A program made the translations under genes and the position numbers. Of a stretch of 64,000 nucleotides of DNA, positions 1 to 9,090 are shown piece after piece. The DNA is taken from the NCBI GenBank assembly GCA_001179505.1, contig CDMY01000331.1:54036-118035 (forward strand), given 5' to 3'. Under the pieces are notes generated by a model. The model did not search any database, was not told where the DNA came from, and was given only the letters and a program-made list of their open reading frames with translations. How positions within the stretch are numbered: position 1 is the first letter of the stretch; every line of letters starts with the position of its first letter. Source of the stretch: Vitrella brassicaformis CCMP3155 (taxonomy: Eukaryota; Protista; Chromerida).

Positions 1-2764
1 CACGCACTCCAGACCGCTAAGTGAGAGAGCCTTTACGTATTTGGCCAGAGAGATGGCGCCAGTGAGCGACTTGATGGAGCTGTGGGAAGGCGTTCCCGAC
101 AGCGATTGGACGATTTCGGTGAGCGGCGTGTACACCGGATGTCCATCAGCTGACACCTGGTAAGAAACCGACATGCACCTTCCACCCAAGCACGGCCGAA
201 TTATCACCTGGCACCCACCTGGTTGAGCAGATGCAGCGACCGCAGGCCGCCAGTCACGCCTTTGAGCATCGTCAGCCCCCCGTGTGCAGGCCACTCGACG
301 CTCAGATGGGCCAGGGCGGGCATCTCATACACATTCTTCCCACCGATCTGTCTCTGCATCACGCCCAGCCATTCACGCGTCAGGACCGCCTGACGAGCCG
401 CGGGAAACTCACAGTATTGCGGTCGGCGACACCACGGATTGTGCGGTCAGCGATCGTGACGGTGATCTCAGTGACGGCGGGAGCAGCGGCCTCGAGCAGC
501 ACAAGGCCAATAACGCGTATGCCGCTCTTGATCAACACGCGAATGCTGCGGGCGTGGGAAAGCACATCTGGAGAATACACCAAGACACACAGACAAGTGA
601 CCGGCAACGACTCGACTGCCGTGCTGTGTTGTACTCTCCTTACCTTTCCACTTCTTATGGACGGGCTGGGGGGCGCGCGTGGGACGTTTGGGGCTGTTGA
701 TCAGGACGATTGTGTGCATCTTGGGGTTGCTGACGATCGACTCGATCGCCGTGCTGACACCCGAGAGACACCGGACGCACTCGACGAAGCCCAGATAACC
801 ACCTGCAGACCAAATCAGACAGACAGACAGACAGACAGACAGGTGAGGCGACTGAGATGGCTTTCCCTTTCGCTCTCTCACCGATGCCGGTGCGATCGCT
901 GTCGCTCAGCCAGAGCACCTCGGGAATGCCCTCCAAGCAGAAGGCATCCTGCACACACACCGGACAGCCTCCTCAGTAAAGGGATCACTGTGCCGTCCTG
1001 TGTCCTCACCTGTGTCTCCAGCAGCGCCTGTATCATGCGGAGTTTCGCTGCTGAGCGGGAAGTGACTATGGGGACGGCTTTGGTCATGGTTTCGACGGTG
1101 TCCGGGAGATGGTCGCTGAAGATGCTCTGCCACACACGGAGATTCCGCTCGACAGCCTGATTGACAGACAGGCGGAGAGAGGCAGAGATGAACATGTGTG
1201 TGAGAGAGGGGCCCATCAATGTGCATAAACGAATACCTGTGGCTTGCTTGGCGTGGCGAAGAGATTGAACGCGTGACGCCGCTGCTCGTCCACCAGCTGC
1301 AGCTGACTCCTGAGCACACTGCTGAGATGGTCAAGCTCCGTCGGGTTCTTGGCGAACTGAACCAAAATGGATACCCACGCAAGACACACACACGCACACT
1401 CATGTCAAACAGCCCATTTCCGTTTGTCATCGTGTGTGTCTAACCACCCTCGGTGGCAGCCTTTTATCCGAGGGTGCGGCCTGGCTGATGGCCTCGATGG
1501 TGGGCTGGGCGTGTTTGTCGACGATGCTCTGCCACACACGCAGATTCTGCTCAACAGCCTGACGGACGGACAGACAGACAGACAGAGACGAATGTGTGCG
1601 CATGAGAGAGAGAGAGGGAGAGAGAGAGAGAGACGAATGTGTGATTGTGAGAGGGGGGCCCCGTGACATGCCTGTGCTTTGTTTGGTGCGACGAGGAGGT
1701 TGACAGCCTCTCGCCTGTGCTCGTCCACCAGCTGCAGCTGACTCCTGAGCACACCGCGGAGACTGTCAAGTCCTCTCAGCTGCCTCGCAAACTGAACCAA
1801 CACACGGACGGACAGCCAGCCAGAGAGACAGACAGCATCGATTGCATGACATGACCAACGTGTTTGTGTGTGTATTCCTTACCGGTGGCTGCAGCTGCGG
1901 CAGCTGTGCGGGAATGGTCGATGCTGGCTGCGTGCATCCGACTGGCGAATGGCTGTCGGCGACGAGTGGATATGACGGCGTTGGTGCTGTGAATGGCAGT
2001 GGCTGTGGGCCAGTGGGGCCACTTGATTGATGGACCGGACAGGACACACAGAAAGCAAGAATGGACAGCCATGTGCACACCGTCATGTGGATGGCTTACG
2101 GTGTGTTGTGTTGTGCCATGCAGTATGGCGCTATCAGCTTCTCCATCACACGCTGCCGACAACCTTAAGAAGTGAGCGACAAACAAACACAATGAAGGCA
2201 GACACATCGATTATGGTACACACATTGCCATTGACAGAGAGTCTCCTCCTTACGTGTTAATTTGTAATAGTGTTGTGTGATGAAGTCATCAGCGGCCCTC
2301 CCATGTGTGCCGCACACACGACACACTGTCCGCCTCTCGCCACTGATCACGCACACACACACAGGCGAATTGACTTGCCTTCAGTGACCCCATTCGGCCG
2401 TCCACCTGATGTCGTCGAAGTGGAGCCTCCTGTCGCCGATGAACAGATTCCCTGGCCCTCTCACGACCTCCTCGATGACATCGGTGTGCGGGAAGGCCCA
2501 CACCGTCTCACACAGGCCGTCCACCAGCACACAGTCACTGCCCTGGGCGATGGGCGGCGTGAGGGCTTTCCTACTCGACCGAAAGAGCGGCGCACAGTCG
2601 TCTTGTCGGTTGAGGTAGGCCTGGCCGCTGATGTGCAGGGGAAGGGCGGGGAGGGAGGCGGTGACCTGCAGATCTTCATCGTTGTCGGGCAGATCTCCAT
2701 AAGCAGCATCACCGACACGCCGCTTCTTCCTTCTGTGTGTCGTCTCCTCCATCTCATGGGACAT
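1..2764 (-). pseudogene. Lineage-specific multi-exon gene (family 'XY', degenerate LRR-like C-terminal half), copy 1; frameshifted, runs off the left edge
   Basis: Exons are paralogous to 38045-41587 and 51130-54064 (RRKKRRVGDA..LPALPLHISGQAYL; CRVCGTHGRAADDFITQHY; QNLRVWQSI; SIRVLIKSG; SFPRLV). A 1-nt deletion at ~391 relative to the paralogs turns LVKAVLTREW into LVRRS*. Two exons are internally duplicated (1660-1800/1440-1560 vs 1236-1360/~1000-1165). Confidence 0.65.
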
Positions 2765-3029
2765 TTCGGCTGCGACTCTCCGCAAGCTTAGCTCGCAGAC
2801 GAAAGGAGAAGAATGAAGAGGAGGACACACACCAGGTACGCCGGGAGATGTGCACAACAAAATGAATAGATCCGGCACGATTACATGCATCATGTGCCGG
2901 CTGTGTGTCTGTGTCTGCAGCACCGCCCGCCGCATTTCTCTGTCCCAGAGCGTCGCTGTCTGCCTGCCGGCCACACACTGCTGTGCCCTTATTGACTGCA
3001 GCCATCTCTGCTGACCGAGCCGCCTGACG

Positions 3030-3110
3030 ATGAGTGGCCACGACGACGCCCTCTCTGATGACGCCCAATCGCTATCAAGCGCCTTCACGGTGGCCCATGC
3101 CGACATTTGA
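3030..3110 (+). other. 26-codon uORF / remnant of a MORN-gene N-terminal leader (MSGHDDALSDDAQSLSSAFTVAHADI*)
   Basis: Near-identical to the first codons of the MORN gene at 6074 (MNGHHDALSDDAQSLSSAYTVAAADV). It ends 29 nt before the next ATG. Confidence 0.7.
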
Positions 3111-3139
3111 GACGACCATCCCGTCTTGAGCGTCAGCCC

Positions 3140-4541
3140 ATGAGCACCGTTGACGCATTCGTAAGGCAAGCAGTCCTGCCCCAGTGACAGCGTGGCATCC
3201 TCCCTCTCTGTGTGTGTGTAGGTGCGGCTGCGTGGTTTGCCGAACAACGCGTCGGAGCAGGACATCGTGTCCTTCATGCTGCCACTGCGGTGCCACACCG
3301 ATGAAGTCACCATCATACGAGACCGTCACGTAAGCAGCCACGCCCACATGACATCGTATTCCTTCCATCGAGATTGCTGTGTGTCGCTTGTGTGTTCTCA
3401 CTGGCGTCTTCAGGGCTATGCTACGGGTGAGGCATTTGTTCGTTTCAACTCCGGTGCAGAGGTGAGGTCAAGAACAGCCGCTGGCAGCGTGCTCACACGT
3501 TCGTTTGTGTGTCTTGTTTTCTGTCCCCAGGCCTTGGGGAGGAACGGCCAGCGTCTCGGCGCTTATTGTATCGAGGTTCTTCCTTGCTGGTGCAGCGACT
3601 ATGATGCCTACGTCAGCCGAGTGAACAATCGCGAAAAGAAGAAGGCCCTCCGCTACACAGTGTACCACTCGCTGAAGGCGCTCAAGGACAGGAACACACG
3701 AGAGATCGCGCACCTCGCCCAGCGGTCCGCCATCGAACAGCAGCACTGGGAGCAGATGAGAATGCTCGAACGGGAGGTGGATTTATCTCTCCGCCGTGTG
3801 CGGGACCTGACGGGCAATATCGACGAGCTGCAGCGGCTGCAGACTACTCTGACGAATGAGCTGCAGCAGCTGGAGGGCATCACCGACGCCTTCGTGTGGA
3901 AGGTCTCTATGCAGCATGAGCGCAACCGGCGGCTCCGCGAGGCTATTCAGGCTCTCGAGAACGACACCGCCATGCTGGAGGAGCGACACCGACAGCTCGA
4001 GAGGCGCCATGCGAGCATCACACGTCGAGAGCAAGCAGAGCAAGACCTCAAGCGTGCGCTATTTCAGCGCATCCAAGAGCTGGCAAGATTGAAGCTGGAT
4101 GCACTCAAGCGCAAGGAGAGGCTGCAGAGGCGCATCGATGCATTGCCCGATCCAGGAAGCGGCGCGGCAATCCTCTTCCATCAGACTGACCCACAAAGCG
4201 CCCAGCGACTGAGGGTTGGTGTCGACATGAGGGCATGCAAGCCGATTTCGGATTTCTGGAGTGCAAGCCAGATTAATCGTCCTGGATTCTTCTGTGCATC
4301 AACGGAGGAGATCACGAACGACCCCAGCAAGGCTCAGCATCGTGGGTGGATGTTCAAGTTGGCAGTGCGACTTGGCCGTGTGAGGGAGCTGCAGACACTC
4401 AGAGGATACGGCACGCTGGCGAGCAACGACGAGTTCGACAGTGTGGTGATTCAGACGGACTCGGGGCTGGAGTTTGCTGTGACGAAATCAGAGCAGGTGA
4501 CGATTATTAACGACTACCCCTACCCTCAGGGAATCAGATAG
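3140..4541 (+). CDS. qRRM (hnRNP F/H/ESRP-like) + coiled coil + Gig2/PARP-like ADP-ribosyltransferase domain; exons 3140-3160, 3222-3329, 3414-3461, 3531-4541
   Basis: GT-AG phase-0 introns give MSTVDAF-VRLRGLPNNASEQDIVSF...RDRH-GYATGEAFVRF...ALGRNGQRLGAYCIEV, a qRRM signature. A heptad-rich middle follows, then ILFHQT (H 4179), GFFCA (F 4290 at the Tyr position), VRLGRV, FDSV and GLEFAV (E 4470). Confidence 0.8.
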
Positions 4542-4765
4542 AAAGTGGTTGCGAGTCTGTGTGTCCGACTTTATGTGTTGGTGGTCCACGTTTTTGTCTA
4601 CCTGCCTGTGCATGTCATAGAGCTGCTGTTTATCCAACGAAATGGCCCGTGTGGATAAACACACGGTGTGTGTGTGGATGGCTACTTCGTGTGCGACTTT
4701 GCCATTGGTTTATGAATGCTTTTGTCCACGCATTTCCTCCCAAACACTACCATTAAATCCCTCAG

Positions 4766-5734
4766 TCACGGACTCTGGAATGGCGCACCAATGATCCGTA
4801 CTTGATCATTGCGATACACCACATATTCCAGACCGTGGCGGTCGGTCACAATTACGGAATCGAAACCTCGCTGCTTCACCAGCGCCTCACTCAGCTGAGA
4901 GTCACTATGGTTGAGCTCAAGCACTCGTCCAAGCCGCAATCCAACCTTCACAACCCAGTCCGTCCGCCCTGACTGATGGCCGACCTTATGCTTGGTCATC
5001 TCCGGCGAGCACGCGCAATAGAGGCCCTTGCCCGCATAGTTTCGGTGCCTGGCGTAGCGATCGATGTCCACTCCGTGACGCTCAAGGCTGATAGCGCCCT
5101 CTCGAGTAGTGCGATGATAGGCAATGACACCGTATGGGCATTGCAGGCACCAGTGACTGGAATGGCCGTGTGGATTATTGCGGCAGAAGTGACTGTGCTG
5201 GCCGTTCGCATAGCGGCGGAGCTGTCGTTCCAGACGCCTCACGACCCCCTCTTCGTCTGCCGCTTGGCCGCTCAACACATTGGCCTCTCTCTGCCGGGCC
5301 GCATTAGCAACAACGAGCTGCTGGATCTGCTGGCTGAGAGCATCGCTGCAGCGGGAGAGAGCTGCGTTGACCTCCTCATGCCGCCGCCGTGTGACCTCTC
5401 GGTCTTCGTGCATAGCAGTCAGGCGTCGGCCCTCAGCGACCGCAATAGAATGCTCCTCACGCAGCTCCTCTTGTGCCGCGTTCTGCTCGCAAGTCTGGCC
5501 GCTCAGGTGCTCATTCTGCAGTGTCAGCATGGCCCTCACTGCAGTGAGGGCGTTCTCACGATGCAGTGCGTCATCAAGGCGGTCCTGGGCCGGCTGTCGC
5601 TCGGCGGCGTGTCGGGCGGCCTGCTGTCTGTCCTCGTCTGCATGGCGCTGGAGCTGCGCAGTGTTGGTTCGCTCCCTAAAGGCTCTCGCTTTGGCCCTGG
5701 TTCGCTCCCTGAAGGCTCTCACGCGAAGATCCAT
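4766..5734 (-). CDS. Coiled coil + Cys/His segment + Gig2/PARP-like ADP-ribosyltransferase (H-Y-E intact)
   Basis: 322-aa ORF with YHRT (H 5114-5116), GKGLYCA (Y 5018-5020), LRLGRV, GFDSV and GLEYVVY..DQV (E 4826-4828). The N-terminal half is rich in E/Q/R/A heptads. Confidence 0.8.
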   Translation of the reverse strand: MDLRVRAFRERTRAKARAFRERTNTAQLQRHADEDRQQAARHAAERQPAQDRLDDALHRENALTAVRAMLTLQNEHLSGQTCEQNAAQEELREEHSIAVAEGRRLTAMHEDREVTRRRHEEVNAALSRCSDALSQQIQQLVVANAARQREANVLSGQAADEEGVVRRLERQLRRYANGQHSHFCRNNPHGHSSHWCLQCPYGVIAYHRTTREGAISLERHGVDIDRYARHRNYAGKGLYCACSPEMTKHKVGHQSGRTDWVVKVGLRLGRVLELNHSDSQLSEALVKQRGFDSVIVTDRHGLEYVVYRNDQVRIIGAPFQSP

Positions 5735-6073
5735 CCGTCAAAACGCGTGTAAGCTGACAAACACACAGGGCATTGCGCTGTCAGACTGTCTGTACATGTT
5801 CTCCTTACTGGCAACGAATTACACCGCCGTCGCAACAAAGGGCAACAGTAGCATGAGAAATCTGGCCAGATCTTCGTTGCCCATCACTCAGCACGTCACT
5901 TCACTGGAAGAGCTTCCTACTGCGAGCTCAGCATGCAGGAGCGCCTTGAGGCCATGCCTTTCTATTCCCGCGCGTTGCTGTGTGCCCGGCAGTCACCCTC
6001 AGCTGTGCCCCTTCCCGTAGCAAGCGCAGATCTCTCCTGAACGAGCTGCCCTTTCGCGTGCTTACTGCTGACA

Positions 6074-7138
6074 ATGAATGGCCACCACGACGCCCTCTCT
6101 GACGACGCCCAATCGCTGTCAAGCGCCTACACTGTGGCTGCTGCCGACGTCATGCAGCAGCTGCAGAGCCTCCAGAGGTCACAAGAGGCACTCGCCGCCC
6201 AGCACACGAGACAAATGGAGCAGACAGAGGCAAGACACCAGGCTGCTATAGAGAAGCTGGAGAGCCGCATCCGGGGACTGGAGGCACTCGCAGGCATCGC
6301 TGTTGGCAGCATGTCCTTTGAGGGTGGCGTCTATGACGGACAGCTGATGGGTAGGAAGCCCCACGGCAGCGGCATTCTGCGCGCACAGCATGGCCGTGTC
6401 ATCTACACCGGTGACTGGCGGCACGGCAAGCGGCACGGCCGCGGGAAATCGACAAACGGCCGTATGGTGTATGAGGGTCAATGGGCGGATGGCGAGATGA
6501 AAGGCAAGGGCCACATTACCAACCTGACGCTCAAGGACGCCCAAGGACAGCATTTGGGCCTCTTCACTGGACCCACACTCGACGCCAAGCCGCACGGCGA
6601 GGGGGATATGCGAGACGACCTCGATCAGGTCATCTACAAGGGCGAGTGGATTGATGGAGTGAAGAAAGGAGCTGGTGAAGCGACGGGCATGCCATGGGAG
6701 GAGGGCTGCAAATATTACGGGGGAACCTTCCATGGGCAGCCAGACGGCGAGGGCGAGCTGAGAGACGGCGACGACCAACCCATCTACAAGGGCGAATGGA
6801 AGAACGGCAAGCGACACGGCCAGGGGAAGGCATACTACCGCGACCGCCGTACTCAAGGATGGAGGAGGAAAAGGTGGCGGCCTGTGTTGTGGTTCGATGG
6901 CGAATGGAGGAAGGGGAAGGTGTACCGAGGCATCCTCTTTCCTAACGGCGGCTGGGTAGACCCTTCCGAGGAAACGGTATGGCCCGACCCCAGACACTGC
7001 TCACTTCCCATATCATGGCAGGCGGGGCAGGAGATACCTCATGCCTATCTGCCGGGGATAGGATACCTGTCCCAGTGGCTGGCGAATCAAGATGTATCAG
7101 TGTATCTGCCTGATAGACTAAGGCCACTGGCATACTAG
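6074..7138 (+). CDS. Coiled-coil + MORN-repeat protein (apparently intronless)
   Basis: Many YxGxWxxGxxHGxG repeats; C-terminal WFDGEW..G.LFP.G..W...ISWQAGQEIP..WL tail shared with the other MORN loci. Confidence 0.9.
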   Translation: MNGHHDALSDDAQSLSSAYTVAAADVMQQLQSLQRSQEALAAQHTRQMEQTEARHQAAIEKLESRIRGLEALAGIAVGSMSFEGGVYDGQLMGRKPHGSGILRAQHGRVIYTGDWRHGKRHGRGKSTNGRMVYEGQWADGEMKGKGHITNLTLKDAQGQHLGLFTGPTLDAKPHGEGDMRDDLDQVIYKGEWIDGVKKGAGEATGMPWEEGCKYYGGTFHGQPDGEGELRDGDDQPIYKGEWKNGKRHGQGKAYYRDRRTQGWRRKRWRPVLWFDGEWRKGKVYRGILFPNGGWVDPSEETVWPDPRHCSLPISWQAGQEIPHAYLPGIGYLSQWLANQDVSVYLPDRLRPLAY

Positions 7139-7229
7139 TCTGTCTGTTTTATCGAGCTCACCGGCTATGTCATCGGTTTATCAACCTGTCGGTGTGCCTG
7201 CTTTGTTGATGCCGTGTGGCCTCTCGCGA

Positions 7230-8307
7230 CTATGTGGATGGACCTATCGCATCGTATGACCTGGACATTGTGTGCGCTGTTTCAACGATGTTCGGTCTCA
7301 GCCACACACATGTACACACGCACACTCACGTGCGATCACAACATTGTCAATCGACACACTTACGTGCACGGGCAGCTCTCAGTACCACGTCAATTCTTCC
7401 TCGCTCATCTGCTCTGGTGCTCCCTTCTCTCCTACACCAAGACACGATAATCCACCCATGTGCATGTCTGTCCGTCTTTCTTTCTTTCTCAGCCACCCAC
7501 CTCCTGCTGGTGCTTTGTCTTCCGGCTGTTGAATGGCCGCCTGCTCGTCCTGTGCAAGCCATTCACTGTCCGCTGCAGCCGCCTCATCTATCGGTGTCTC
7601 CCTCATTTCCTCCCCTCCTGCACGAACGAACCATTCGTGCCCATGCACACGAATTGATGTGTGTGTGTGTGTGTGTGTGGATGGATGTCTCACTCACCGC
7701 CTGCTTCCTCCGCAAACCACTCTTGATCGCCTGGGACTCCTTCCTGCTCGCCTGCCGGCCGTGGCAGTGGCTGCTCTGCAAACCAATCCTCATCGGCCGC
7801 CGGCTGCTGCTCTCGCTGACCTTCCACTCTTCCTGCGCAAACACGCGATCGGTGTCTCTGTTTCCATAGATGCGTGGAGGCTGACCTGTGTCATGTGCAG
7901 GGCTTTCTTCGCCCTTCTGCTCTTCTTCGCCGCCAAACCAGTCAGTGACCTCGGCTACCTCTCCTTGCTGCCGCTTGTCTGCGGTGAACGTCATTTGAAC
8001 AGACGCAAAGGCAGGTGTTGTGTTGGTGGGGCGGTCTCACTCACCTCCTCTTGCTTCCATTGGCGGCTCAGGCTCGGCAAACCACTCCTCACCGCCGGCC
8101 GTCTCTCCTTCTTCATCAGCTGCTGCTGATGGCTCAGCAAACCACTCTTCTGCTTCTGCCGCTGCTGGTGCTAGTGCCGGTGCTGCCGCCGTTGGTGCCG
8201 AAGGTGCAGCTGCAGGGCCTGGAGCACAGCGCAACGTGTCCATTATTGGCCGTGTGTGTCTTTGTACATGTGTGCATGTCTTGCCGACCTTCTTCCTCTG
8301 CGAACCA

Positions 8308-8340
<33 letters not shown>

Positions 8341-9090
8341 CGCTGGCTGAGATTGCGGAGCACCTCCTTGTGCTTCTGCTTCATCGCCAAACCACTGTGC
8401 TTCCTCTTCCTCTCCTGCTGCTGCTGCTGTTGGTGATGACTCGGCAAACCAATCATCAGCACCTGGCTGCTCCGAGGGCTGCTGTGCTGCTGCTTGTGCT
8501 GGTGGTAGTTCTGCTGCTGTTGGTGATTCTGGTGGCTCGGCTGGTGCAAACCAATCCTCATCAGCAGCAGCCTGCTGCTCCCCCGCTTCTTGCGTGACTG
8601 GCTGTGGCTGTGGCTGTGGCTGGGCGCCTGTAGGTGTCTTCTGTTGTTCTGCTGCTCGTAGGGCTTCTGAGCATCCACGCGTACATGCATGTGCGCGTGG
8701 GTGGATGCGCTGTTGACATGTGTGTGCCCCACCTGGCTGCTCTGCTGCTCTCTGCTGGGGCTGTCTCTCAGCTTCTGCTGGCGCTGCCGTTGGCGCTGCT
8801 GCCGGCGGTGGCGGCGAAATGGCAGCTTGCTCTGCGAAGAACATGCATGCAGACACAGGAATACGTGGAAAAGAGGAAGTCTTCACTCACCAGCAGCACT
8901 GGGTCGCACAAAGACAGGATGAGGCACTTCAGCTGGTGCTGCGGGTGGTGGTTCGTGTCCCCTTGTCGGCTGATGAGAAACACAATGAGAGTGAGTGAAT
9001 GTAAGTTTGGAGATGGTATAGGAAACAATCTCACCCGGAGTCTTTCACGCTGAAGAATGGTCACTTTTCTGGTCTTGGGCGCCTTCTACA
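7230..9090 (-). CDS. Multi-exon low-complexity (A/Q/E/P) region with nine acidic-WF(A/G) motifs; probably the C-terminal part of the ARM-like gene (ends approximate)
   Basis: Minus-strand exons read QEWFA, DEDWFA, VTDWFG, EEWFA x3, AQWFG, DDWFA, DEDWFA (WF codons near 7714, 7780, 7935, 8079, 8139, 8302, 8389, 8446, 8548). GT-AG boundaries and poly-Q/poly-A tracts are present. Confidence 0.55.

Noticed and set aside
231-1160. Long plus-strand ORF (309 aa) and similar ORFs at 4976-5752, 5280-6020, 6179-6997, 44118-44981, 52470-53201, 56766-57563
   Set aside because: Antisense shadows of real genes on the other strand in GC-rich DNA; no recognisable motifs.
8020-8436. Poly-Cys and poly-Leu ORFs on the plus strand
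   Set aside because: Reverse-complement readings of CAG/GCA repeats encoding poly-Q/poly-A on the minus strand.
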